In this document: in pieces, positions 19,534-28,160 of the stretch | Layout: every line of letters starts with the position of its first letter | How positions within the stretch are numbered: position 1 is the first letter of the stretch | From: an uncultured Alphaproteobacteria bacterium | GTDB taxonomy: Bacteria > Pseudomonadota > Alphaproteobacteria > RF32 > CAG-239 | Length of the DNA: 64,000 nucleotides | Reading direction: 5' to 3' | Assembly (NCBI GenBank): GCA_944391345.1 | Contig: CALXTE010000001.1 | Span: forward strand, 109,976-173,975 | Made by a program: the position numbers and the translations under genes | Notes under the pieces: generated by a model | The model's input: the letters and a program-made list of their open reading frames with translations, nothing else | Databases searched by the model: none | Told to the model about the DNA's origin: nothing

Positions 19534-19578
19534 ACAATATATAGATTGTTTACTTTTATTTAACGCAATATATTGTAT
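19534..19578 (+). promoter_or_regulatory. Two candidate NrdR boxes upstream of nrdD
   Basis: acaatatatagattgt (19534-19549, 7 of 8 palindromic pairs) and a second site centred on the perfect palindrome caatatattg (19566-19575). Centres are 29 bp apart, about 75-115 nt upstream of the nrdD start. Confidence 0.4.
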
Positions 19579-19652
19579 AAGTGTTGTCAGAATCAATGAC
19601 ATCAAACTAATGGATTGAAACTAAAGATTAAATAAAGGAAAGCTTGTTCGAA

Positions 19653-21710
19653 ATGTCTGAAACTAACTACTCTGTCCCTCCGGTCGCAAATAAGGAGATA
19701 AAAATAGAAAGCGTCACCAAACGCGATGGCACACTGGCACCGTTTGACAGCAATAAGATTTATAATGCAATATTAAAAGCCGGTACCTCAACCGGAGAAT
19801 TTACTGAGCAAGAATCATGGTTATTAACGGCTCAGGTTTTAAAAGTTCTTGAGCACAAATTTGCAGAGTCTCTTCCGTCAATAGAAAATATACAAGATAT
19901 AGTAGAACAAGTTTTAATTTCCGCCAACTATTTTGCAACAGCAAAAGCTTATATTTTATATCGTGACCAGCGTCAACGCACCAGAAATGACAAGAAAGTC
20001 ATGGTCGATGTCGAAAGCTCAATCAACGAATATCTTGAAAGATTGGACTGGCGCGTTAATGCCAATGCCAACCAAGGTTATTCAAACGGCGGCTTGATTT
20101 TGAATGTTTCGGGCAAAGTCACCGCAAACTATTGGCTCAGCCATGTTTATCCGTCAAATGTCGGTGAAGCGCACCGCAATGGCGATATTCATATTCACGA
20201 TTTAGATATGTTAGCCGCTTATTGCGCCGGATGGTCTTTGAAAAACTTGTTGCACGAAGGTTTCAACGGCGTCCCCGGAAAAACCGAAGCCGGTCCGGCC
20301 AAGCACTTGTCTTCAGCCGTCGGCCAAATGGTCAACTTCATGGGAACCCTGCAAAACGAATGGGCCGGCGCTCAGGCTTTTTCTTCGGTAGATACCTATC
20401 TTGCCCCTTATATTCGCAAAGACCACATGTCTTATGATGAGGTTGAACAATGCATTCAGGAATTGATTTATAACTTAAACATTCCGTCACGTTGGGGCTC
20501 ACAAACACCATTTACTAACTTCACTTTTGACTGGGTATGCCCTGAAGATTTGCGCGACAAACATCCTTTGATTGCCGGTGAGGAACAGCCTTTCACTTAT
20601 GGTGACTTGAAGGACGAAATGCACATGATTAATAAAGCCTACATCACGGTAATGATGAAAGGCGATATTAAAGGCCGCCCATTCACCTTCCCGATTCCGA
20701 CTTATAACATGACACCGGACTTCCCTTGGGAAGATGACAATACAGAATTGTTGTTTGAAATGACCGCCAAATACGGCTTGCCTTATTTCCAAAACTTCAT
20801 CAATTCAGTTTTGAAACCGGGACAGATTCGCTCAATGTGCTGCCGCTTACAGCTTGACTTAAGAGAGCTCTTGGCCAGAGGAAACGGCTTGTTTGGCTCT
20901 GCCGAACAAACAGGCTCTATCGGCGTCGTTACGATTAACTGCGCACGTCTGGGTTATGTTTACAAAGGCAACGAAGCCGGATTATATGCCCGTGTTGATG
21001 AATTGATGGACATTGCACGCACATCTCTTGAAATTAAGAGAAAAGTCATTCAGCGTTTGATTGATGGCGGCTTGTTCCCCTTCACCAAGAGATATTTAGG
21101 CACTTTGAGAAACCACTTCTCAACCATTGGCGTCAACGGCATCAACGAGATGATTCGCAACTTCACCAATGATGAGCACAATATTGCCGATGCTTGGGGA
21201 CAAGACTTTGCAGTTAAGTTCTTAGACTACATCCGCGCCAAATTGGTCAAGATTCAGGAAGAAACAGGAAATATGTACAATCTTGAAGCCACGCCGGCTG
21301 AGAGTGCGACCACCCGTTTTGCCCGTGAAGACAAGAAAAGATTCAAAGACATTATTCAAGCCGGAACCAAAGAGAATCCGTACTATACCAACTCTTCGCA
21401 ACTTCCGGTCGGATATACCGATGACCCGTTTGAAGCCCTTGACCTCCAGTCAACCTTACAAACAAAATATACAGGCGGAACAGTACTTCACCTGTATATG
21501 GGCCAGAGAATTTCATCAGCGAAAGTTTGCCGCGACTTGGTAAGAAGAGTTTTAACAAACTATCGTTTACCCTATATCACGATAACTCCGACTTTCTCCA
21601 TTTGCCCAAAGCATGGATATATCTCCGGAGAACACAAATTCTGCCCGATTTGCGATGAAGAAAAGAAGGCAGAAAAAAGACTGGCCGCATCCAGAAAAGA
21701 TGTTGCCTAA
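19653..21710 (+). CDS. nrdD: Anaerobic ribonucleoside-triphosphate reductase, large polypeptide lacking the glycyl-radical loop
   Basis: ATP-cone (VTKRDGTLAPFDSNKI), class III RNR body, ends ITITPTFSICPKHGYISGEHKFCPIC...*. ATG 19653 is preferred over TTG 19644 (aggaa lies 12 nt upstream). Confidence 0.85.
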   Translation: MSETNYSVPPVANKEIKIESVTKRDGTLAPFDSNKIYNAILKAGTSTGEFTEQESWLLTAQVLKVLEHKFAESLPSIENIQDIVEQVLISANYFATAKAYILYRDQRQRTRNDKKVMVDVESSINEYLERLDWRVNANANQGYSNGGLILNVSGKVTANYWLSHVYPSNVGEAHRNGDIHIHDLDMLAAYCAGWSLKNLLHEGFNGVPGKTEAGPAKHLSSAVGQMVNFMGTLQNEWAGAQAFSSVDTYLAPYIRKDHMSYDEVEQCIQELIYNLNIPSRWGSQTPFTNFTFDWVCPEDLRDKHPLIAGEEQPFTYGDLKDEMHMINKAYITVMMKGDIKGRPFTFPIPTYNMTPDFPWEDDNTELLFEMTAKYGLPYFQNFINSVLKPGQIRSMCCRLQLDLRELLARGNGLFGSAEQTGSIGVVTINCARLGYVYKGNEAGLYARVDELMDIARTSLEIKRKVIQRLIDGGLFPFTKRYLGTLRNHFSTIGVNGINEMIRNFTNDEHNIADAWGQDFAVKFLDYIRAKLVKIQEETGNMYNLEATPAESATTRFAREDKKRFKDIIQAGTKENPYYTNSSQLPVGYTDDPFEALDLQSTLQTKYTGGTVLHLYMGQRISSAKVCRDLVRRVLTNYRLPYITITPTFSICPKHGYISGEHKFCPICDEEKKAEKRLAASRKDVA

Positions 21711-21747
21711 AAAACAAGGTTAATTAATTTATTTTTGGAGAACAGAA

Positions 21748-21948
21748 ATGACAACTATCAATTTTGATGATATAAAATTAAGCGACGAAGAAAGACAGCC
21801 TTGCGAAGTATGGACCAGAGTAATGGGATATTTTCGTCCGGTATCTGAGTTCAACGTCGGCAAAAAATCAGAGTTTTATTCTCGTAAATGTTTCTGCGAA
21901 AGCAAAGCCGTGATTAACCTTGAAAGCTACGACATCGCAGCAGAATAA
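21748..21948 (+). CDS. Stand-alone NrdD glycyl-radical domain (66 aa)
   Basis: QPCEVWTRVMGYFRPVSEFNVGKKSEF matches the C-terminal RV.GY glycyl-radical signature of NrdD. Own SD ggag at 21737-21740. Confidence 0.7.
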   Translation: MTTINFDDIKLSDEERQPCEVWTRVMGYFRPVSEFNVGKKSEFYSRKCFCESKAVINLESYDIAAE

Positions 21949-21970
21949 TCCTTTAGTAAAAAAAAATAGG

Positions 21971-22000
21971 CCGGATTACAAAAACTGTAATCCGGTTTTT
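21971..22000 (+). terminator. Hairpin/terminator between the nrdD small ORF and nrdG
   Basis: Stem ccggattaca / tgtaatccgg followed by ttttt. Confidence 0.55.
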
Positions 22001-22019
22001 CATTAGCTGGGAGAAAGAG

Positions 22020-22715
22020 ATGATAAACATAGCCGGTGTAGAAACTTTTAGCATGGTTGATTACCCAGGGCAGATGAGCGCCGTTGTGTTCATGCAGGGC
22101 TGCCCGTGGCGCTGCCCCTTTTGTCATAACGGAGAACTGCAAAAAATAGGCAAAGAGAGCGGATTCGAGTGGACAAGATTTGTAAAATTTTTAGAAGAAA
22201 GAAAAGGCAAATTAGACGCCGTCGTATTTAGCGGCGGAGAACCTTTGGTACAAGAAAATGTGACAGAGGCAATAAGAGAGGTTAAGGCAATCGGCGGCTA
22301 TAAAATAGGCCTGCACACCGGCGGCTACCGCCCAAAAGTTTTTGAAAAAGTTTTGCCTGAGGTCAACTGGGTTGGCTTTGATATAAAAGCGCCGTTAGAA
22401 AAAGAAAAATATCAGGCAATCACCGGACCGGATAATTTGGAACAAGTTAAAGAAAGCCTGCAAATGCTGATTAATTCGGGCAAAAATTTTGAATGCCGCA
22501 CCACCTGCGACCCGCGCTATTTAAGCCTTGAAGATATCAGAAAGATAGGTGATTCTTTGGCACAAATGGGGGTTAAGGAATATTATTTGCAAAAATATCG
22601 CCCGATAGAAAGCGATAAGACCACCAGCGACAGCGCCTGTGAGCTTTTTTTTGAAGATAAAGAACTTATCTCTCGCTTAAAAGGCCAGTTTGAAAAGTTT
22701 GACATCCGAAAATAG
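22020..22715 (+). CDS. nrdG: Anaerobic ribonucleotide reductase activating protein (radical SAM)
   Basis: Cluster motif GCPWRCPFCHN; located downstream of nrdD. Confidence 0.85.
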   Translation: MINIAGVETFSMVDYPGQMSAVVFMQGCPWRCPFCHNGELQKIGKESGFEWTRFVKFLEERKGKLDAVVFSGGEPLVQENVTEAIREVKAIGGYKIGLHTGGYRPKVFEKVLPEVNWVGFDIKAPLEKEKYQAITGPDNLEQVKESLQMLINSGKNFECRTTCDPRYLSLEDIRKIGDSLAQMGVKEYYLQKYRPIESDKTTSDSACELFFEDKELISRLKGQFEKFDIRK

Positions 22716-22727
22716 ATAAAAACAAAA

Positions 22728-22756
22728 AAGCTTAGGTGAAAACCTAAGCTTTTTTC
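22728..22756. terminator. Bidirectional terminator between convergent nrdG and the flavin reductase gene
   Basis: Stem aagcttaggt / acctaagctt flanked by an A-run and a T-run. Confidence 0.6.
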
Positions 22757-23562
22757 TTAAAAGAACGCTTTTTTGCAAAAGATGACGGTAGCGGCGCCTC
22801 ATTTCCGCGAGCTTTGCTAAACTTTTTCTTGCCGTCAAATTTTTTCTGAGAAGAATGAGCTTCGGCAGACTTAATTTTCCGAGCAAATTTTGATGGCTTG
22901 CTGACCGGACGCGCTTCGGATTCGGCGCGATCTTCAAGCAAAACAGCCTTGCGTGCTTTAACCATAACATCAACCTTGTCCATTTTTTTCATAGCAGCAA
23001 GACGCGCCTTGTTGACCGAGAATCCAAAACTTCCGAGATTGCGCCCGAGTGTGTAATAATGCCCGTGAGCAAAAGCGATAAGGCCGGTTTTCTCCAGCCA
23101 AAACTTGCCGGATGCATCAATATATTTATCATCAACATCAACAGCCACAATTTCAGCCAAAAACATATCATGTGAACCATAGGGCTTAATCTCAAGAACA
23201 CGACATTCAACCGAAATCGGACATTCTTCGATTTGCGGCGCCTCGATGTGCGATGATGCAATCGGGGTTAAGCCGGTTTCTTTAAACTTATCCGTATCAC
23301 AACCGGATTTTACGCCGCAAAAATCTACGGCGGAAACCATATTCAGTGTCGGCAGATTAATCACAAAATTTTTTGTTTTGGAGATAATTTCGTGAGAAAG
23401 CCGAGAAGGGCGAATAGAAACATAAGTCATCGGCGGTTCAGAATTGATGATTCCGGTCCAAGCTGCCGTCATCACATTTGGTTTTTCAACCGTTCCGCAA
23501 GAAATAAGCGCCGGCGGCACCGGATAAACCATCGTTCCGGCCTTCCAAGAAATCTTAGCCAT
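22744..23562 (-). CDS. Flavin reductase-like (FMN-binding split barrel) protein with Lys-rich C-terminal tail
   Basis: YPVPPALISCG...NVMTAAWTG... is typical of the Flavin_Reduct domain. The last ~80 aa are basic and low complexity. Confidence 0.7.
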   Translation of the reverse strand: MAKISWKAGTMVYPVPPALISCGTVEKPNVMTAAWTGIINSEPPMTYVSIRPSRLSHEIISKTKNFVINLPTLNMVSAVDFCGVKSGCDTDKFKETGLTPIASSHIEAPQIEECPISVECRVLEIKPYGSHDMFLAEIVAVDVDDKYIDASGKFWLEKTGLIAFAHGHYYTLGRNLGSFGFSVNKARLAAMKKMDKVDVMVKARKAVLLEDRAESEARPVSKPSKFARKIKSAEAHSSQKKFDGKKKFSKARGNEAPLPSSFAKKRSFKKKA

Positions 23563-23643
23563 AACAAAAAATCCTTTTCTTCTGAAATTAATAATAGGAA
23601 AGTATAACCAAACAAGGTTTTTATTTTGTTAAGAAAAACAAAA

Positions 23644-24144
23644 TTAAATCGGATAATGATAAAACCAAGCGCTTATAACAAGGAGCAAGCCAAGCGGTAA
23701 TACAACTTTTTCAAAAGGAAAGTGGGCATGACCGCCGTTGCGCAACTTCATCCATTGATAAAATTTTTGCGAATAAATATAAATCAACATACCGAGAATG
23801 GCGCTGAATAAAATAGGATCAAGATAAAACACATTCCAAATAATCACCGGAGAATAGGGCGTTTCAGACAGATAGATAAACCCAATCATTCCGACAGAAG
23901 TAGCAATAAGCCAAAAGTCGCGAGCAAAAAAATTCCAATGCCGCTTTTCACAAAATAGAATAGACCAGTATCCGAGCAAAGTGAGCAACGCACCGGCCCA
24001 AAGCCCAACGATTGCGTCAGGAACGCCAAGCTTACGAGCAACCCCGAGCGACGCCCCGATAGCAATAGTGCAAACGCTGCACGCCGGATTCGCATAAGCT
24101 GAAAAAGAAAAAACAAAACACAAGAATAAAATAAGGAAAAACAT
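23644..24144 (-). CDS. Integral membrane protein, unknown function
   Basis: Signal-like N-terminus plus several TM segments. Confidence 0.55.
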   Translation of the reverse strand: MFFLILFLCFVFSFSAYANPACSVCTIAIGASLGVARKLGVPDAIVGLWAGALLTLLGYWSILFCEKRHWNFFARDFWLIATSVGMIGFIYLSETPYSPVIIWNVFYLDPILFSAILGMLIYIYSQKFYQWMKLRNGGHAHFPFEKVVLPLGLLLVISAWFYHYPI

Positions 24145-24256
24145 ATTACGACTCCAATATATGTAATAAACTATATGTAGTATAAATTATATATATTGAA
24201 ATTGTCAAATATTATTTTACTGAAACTGCTTTTGAAGTTAAATTTAGACAAAATAT

Positions 24257-24285
24257 TTGACTTTTTTATAATTTCAGTTTATAAA
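24257..24285 (+). promoter_or_regulatory. Candidate sigma70 promoter
   Basis: TTGACT, 17-nt spacer, TATAAA, about 45 nt upstream of the 24329 ATG. Confidence 0.4.
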
Positions 24286-24328
24286 GAAACTAAACGAACT
24301 ATTATTGTTAAATTAAAAATAAAAAATC

Positions 24329-24781
24329 ATGGAAACATTAAAACAAATCCGCGAGAATTATGAAAGAGTGTATGGCAAAACCTGTCCGGTAGCCGAATTT
24401 AGCATGTTGCAGCCCAAATATATTCATTATATTCCAGAATACAAGGGCTGCAGCTTGAGTGGCAATAAGATAACCTTCATGTTTGCCGCACCTTTATCAG
24501 GAGATATAAATAACCTGATAGAAATGCAATTCCGCAATCGGCTCTCACGTAAGATTACTTTTTTGTCAGGAGAGAGCAAGCTTACGGTTTTCATCAGTGA
24601 CAATCCGGAAGAGCGGGGCGAATATTTAACCTCTGCAATGATTCTGGACACTTACTTCCGGCGAGAAAAACCTTCGACGAGAACTATTGCCGAATACAGA
24701 GTCTTCGCAGCCGGCAAAGATTGGCGTAACCCTGCGCTGGTTGAACAAGAGCTCAAAAAAATTTATGAAAGCAACGCATAA
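24329..24781 (+). CDS. Hypothetical protein (150 aa)
   Basis: ORF bracketed by a candidate promoter and a terminator. Confidence 0.6.
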   Translation: METLKQIRENYERVYGKTCPVAEFSMLQPKYIHYIPEYKGCSLSGNKITFMFAAPLSGDINNLIEMQFRNRLSRKITFLSGESKLTVFISDNPEERGEYLTSAMILDTYFRREKPSTRTIAEYRVFAAGKDWRNPALVEQELKKIYESNA

Positions 24782-24797
24782 GCTTTAATAACTTTTT

Positions 24798-24828
24798 ACC
24801 CCGTATCACATTGATTCGGGGTTTTTTT
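24798..24828 (+). terminator. Rho-independent terminator
   Basis: Stem accccg / cggggt followed by ttttttt. Confidence 0.55.
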
Positions 24829-24938
24829 ATGCTTATGCGGCACAATAGCCTCTGTGGGTTGTTATTTGTCGGGGTTGATTTTTTATCAAGAACGGAGTAG
24901 CTTTCTATCATAAACGTACTTTATCGAAAGATATTTCT

Positions 24939-25913
24939 ATGAAAAAAATTTCTCTTATCGGCTGCGGCCGCTGGGGAACCTTCCTCGGATGGTATGCAGC
25001 AAAATATTGCGGTTATGATGTCGATATGTATGATATCCCGACATCACCAAACTTTATTGAACTGCGCGATACGCGCAAAAATCCTTATCTGACCTTGTTG
25101 GATAATATGGAGCTGCACGACAACCTTCCGGCGGTTTTGAAAAATGATACAATAATCATTTCAATCGGTTGCCAATATTTTAGGGGCCTTTGCAAAGAGC
25201 TTAATCAGTATAACTTGAGCGGAAAATATTTTCTGCTGGCCATGAAGGGCTTGGAAGAAGACAGCGCCAAATATATGCATCAGATTATGCGCGAAGAGAT
25301 TAAACAGCCGATTCATATCGCAGTTTTGGCCGGCCCCGGTCATGTTCAGGACTATACGAAAGGCGTTCCGTCCTGCGTGGTTGTCGATTCTGACGAGCCT
25401 GAAACCAAGGACTATTTCATCAAAAATCTTTCGAGCGAACTTATCCGCTTTTACTATGGCGCGGACTTAATCGGAAACCAAATCGGCGCCGCCATGAAAA
25501 ATGTAATCGGTATTGCCGCCGGCATTCTTGACGGATTGGAATGGTATGGCTTAAAAGGCGCTTTAATGGCGCGTGCACCGATTGAAGTCGGGCGCTTTAT
25601 CAAGCATTTTCACGGCAATCCACAAACGGCATACGGCTTGGCGCATTTGGGTGACTATGAGGCAACTTTGTTTTCAAAATACAGCCATAACCGTACCTTT
25701 GGTGAAAAATTTGCCCGCGGTGAAGACTTTGGCAAACTGGCCGAAGGCGTGCCAACCTTAAAAGCGGTTAAAATTATTGCCGATAAAGAAAACATTGATA
25801 TGCCGATTTGTCAGGCACTATATAAAGTTGTTTATGAACACGCCGACATCAAAGAAACGATTCGCCAGATGTTCTCACGCAATATCAAACAAGAATTTGA
25901 AAATTGGGATTAA
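24939..25913 (+). CDS. Divergent NAD(P)H-dependent glycerol-3-phosphate dehydrogenase paralogue
   Basis: ISLIGCGRWGT Rossmann start, GPGHVQD, KNVIGIAAGILDG, and a C-terminal GpsA-like helical domain. Confidence 0.65.
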   Translation: MKKISLIGCGRWGTFLGWYAAKYCGYDVDMYDIPTSPNFIELRDTRKNPYLTLLDNMELHDNLPAVLKNDTIIISIGCQYFRGLCKELNQYNLSGKYFLLAMKGLEEDSAKYMHQIMREEIKQPIHIAVLAGPGHVQDYTKGVPSCVVVDSDEPETKDYFIKNLSSELIRFYYGADLIGNQIGAAMKNVIGIAAGILDGLEWYGLKGALMARAPIEVGRFIKHFHGNPQTAYGLAHLGDYEATLFSKYSHNRTFGEKFARGEDFGKLAEGVPTLKAVKIIADKENIDMPICQALYKVVYEHADIKETIRQMFSRNIKQEFENWD

Positions 25914-25919
25914 TAAAAG

Positions 25920-26408
25920 ATGACACAGATTCTCAGCCGACTTATCGCAACTGTCTTTGGCGTCGGATATGCGCCCAAAGCTTCCGGAACCTTCGGATCA
26001 CTAGTGGCTCTGCCAATTATCTGGGTGTTGTATTATTATCATGCCGATGCTTATACAATGTTGGCTTTTGCCATAATCATCTTTTTTGCCGGTGTCTGGG
26101 CCACCCATAAAATCATTGCCAATCAAAAAGATAAAGATCCGTCCATCGTGGTGGTTGATGAAGTTGTCGGACAAATGATAAGCTTCGGACTGGTGTGGTC
26201 TCATTTGGGCGCTCCTTTTGCGCCGGCACTTTATTTTTGCGCCTTTGTCCTGTTTCGCTTGTTTGATATTTTCAAAATTGGGCCGGTAAAGTTTTTTGAC
26301 CGCAAAGTGCATAATGCTTGGGGGGTTATGCTTGATGATGTGTTTGCCGGAATCATTGCTGCCGCGGTGCTCTACTTAGGGCTAACGGCAGTTTTAGCAC
26401 TGAGATAA
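25920..26408 (+). CDS. pgpA: Phosphatidylglycerophosphatase A
   Basis: FGVGYAPKASGTFGSL and VVDEVVGQ motifs. Confidence 0.85.
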   Translation: MTQILSRLIATVFGVGYAPKASGTFGSLVALPIIWVLYYYHADAYTMLAFAIIIFFAGVWATHKIIANQKDKDPSIVVVDEVVGQMISFGLVWSHLGAPFAPALYFCAFVLFRLFDIFKIGPVKFFDRKVHNAWGVMLDDVFAGIIAAAVLYLGLTAVLALR

Positions 26409-27191
26409 CAGCGTTGTCTGCTCCAGTAGAATATGCGGAATAAGTCGCTCGGCAATAAGCTGCGCCTGCGGATTGATTTTGCTGACAAAAAAGCGCTGTT
26501 TTTGATGCTTGCCGAGTTTTGATTCGATTTCAGGATGGCGCCTTAGATAATCCGCCAGCTTTTCGCCCATAAATTCATCTTGGGAGATGATATGGCAGTT
26601 TGGCAAAATCTTTCGGGCGTAGTCTTTGATTAACGGATAATGCGTACAGCCCAAAATCAGACTTTCAACATTTTTTAAGGGCAGCAGATAGTCTTCCAAA
26701 ACTTTTTCCATATCAGAAAAATCATTAGATTCGATAAGCGGCACAATCTGCGGCGTCGCTTGCTCGGCAACCGAGATGTTCGGATTTATTTTTTTCAGCT
26801 CGGTTTGATAAATATGAGATTCTACCGTTGCCTTAGTTGCAATCACGCCGATATGTTTTTCCCCGCCGGCAAGAGCCACCTCCACCGTTGGGATAACCAC
26901 ACCGAGAACTTTAACATCAGGCGCTTCTGCGGGAATAAATTTTTGTTGAATATAGCGCAAACAAATCGAGGTTGCGGTATTGCAGGCAATAATAATCAAT
27001 TTGCAGTCATGCTTAATCAACCACTTCATGGCATCCAGCGTATATTTCAGGATTCTGCCCGATGTTTTTTCGCCATAAGGCAAATGAGCCGTGTCGCCTA
27101 AATATAGATAATCATATTGGGGCAGGGTGTCGATAAATGCTTTTGTAATCACCAAGCCCCCAAGGCCGGAATCAAAAACACCGATTTTCAT
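26394..27191 (-). CDS. murI: Glutamate racemase
   Basis: IGVFDSGLGGL, IACNTAT and GCTHYP motifs. Confidence 0.92.
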   Translation of the reverse strand: MKIGVFDSGLGGLVITKAFIDTLPQYDYLYLGDTAHLPYGEKTSGRILKYTLDAMKWLIKHDCKLIIIACNTATSICLRYIQQKFIPAEAPDVKVLGVVIPTVEVALAGGEKHIGVIATKATVESHIYQTELKKINPNISVAEQATPQIVPLIESNDFSDMEKVLEDYLLPLKNVESLILGCTHYPLIKDYARKILPNCHIISQDEFMGEKLADYLRRHPEIESKLGKHQKQRFFVSKINPQAQLIAERLIPHILLEQTTLLSQC

Positions 27192-27297
27192 GCTTTTTCC
27201 TCAAAATTTCAAACCTTTTGCGATTTAATCATAAACAATTTTTGTTTGCAAGAGCAAAGCCAAAACAAAAAAAAGAACAAAACATGAACTTTTGTTC

Positions 27298-27326
27298 TTG
27301 ACTTTAAATTCTGAGGTTGTTATAAA
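27298..27326 (+). promoter_or_regulatory. Candidate sigma70 promoter for the 22-codon ORF
   Basis: TTGACT, 17-nt spacer, TATAAA. Confidence 0.4.
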
Positions 27327-27366
27327 GAACGCATAAGAACAAAATAAGTACAAAACGGAGGCTATC

Positions 27367-27435
27367 ATGCGTAAAATCAACATCATTCTTTACTTTGTCT
27401 TATACGGAACAACCTCACTCGCCGTCTGCCTTTAA
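27367..27435 (+). CDS. Candidate 22-aa hydrophobic peptide MRKINIILYFVLYGTTSLAVCL
   Basis: SD ggagg lies 5 nt upstream of the ATG and a promoter-like element about 40 nt further upstream. Below the ORF-track length cutoff. Confidence 0.3.
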   Translation: MRKINIILYFVLYGTTSLAVCL

Positions 27436-27506
27436 TAAAAAATCACGCTATTGAAAAAAAGTGCTTGCATTTGTCTTGAAAATAAGATAGAAAAGTTTTG
27501 CACTTT

Positions 27507-27583
<77 letters not shown>

Positions 27584-27588
27584 ATTTC

Positions 27589-27617
27589 AAGCCGTTTCAT
27601 TTTGAAACGGCTTTTTT
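27589..27617 (+). terminator. Rho-independent terminator after tRNA-Val
   Basis: Stem aagccgtttc / gaaacggctt followed by tttttt. Confidence 0.7.
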
Positions 27618-27637
27618 GTGATATAACAATAAAACAC

Positions 27638-27662
27638 TTCAAAACATCTTTATTGAATTTTA
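27638..27662. repeat. Left copy of a 25-bp direct repeat (24/25 identity, 21 bp perfect core)
   Basis: ttcaaaacatctttattgaatttta versus ttccaaacatctttattgaatttta at 29374-29398. Confidence 0.85.
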
Positions 27663-27843
27663 TGTATGTGGAGGCATTGTCTGTCCGGATACGTTATCCC
27701 CAGAAAAATTTTGCATTTATTCACAAAAACAAGGCTTTTCCACAGGTCGCGGTTTGCGTTAAATATCAAAATATGCTAATATAACCCCTGAGACTACTGG
27801 ACTATGACTTTAATTTTGTAATTTTTTCATAGAGGTGCAGTCA

Positions 27844-28160
27844 ATGGATATGTATAATAAATTTCAGTCGCCGTTAGGATATCAGGCGACAGATAGTCAG
27901 ATTGACAGCTATGGCGTCGATCACAGCGGCTTTTCTTTCGCGAGATGAATTGGAATATCAATTTGCAAGACAAAACAAAACTTAATTCAAGCTCCGAGAA
28001 CACGTATCTGAGCAACGCGACTTCTTGTCCCAATCAGAAAACAGCCAAGTGATGCCCGCGGGGGCTCCCCGCTCCTCAACAAGGCACTAACTTTTGGGGC
28101 TCATCACCAGAGAATAACTATGGTTTCGGCTCTTCAAACATTCACGACAATATTGAGAAC
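27844..28160 (+). pseudogene. Frame-broken 5' remnant apparently belonging to the downstream lysozyme-like gene
   Basis: Short coding-like runs in three frames (MDMYNKFQSPLGYQATDSQIDSYGVDHSGFSFAR*, SSENTYLSNATSCPNQKTAK*). An in-frame open stretch from 28053 (…QQGTNFWGSSPENNYGFGSSNIHDNIEN) runs straight into the 28161 ATG. Confidence 0.3.

Noticed and set aside
27827-28033. 68-aa minus-strand ORF in the islet.
   Set aside because: It has no SD and implausible composition, and it overlaps plus-strand coding-like remnants of the decayed gene.
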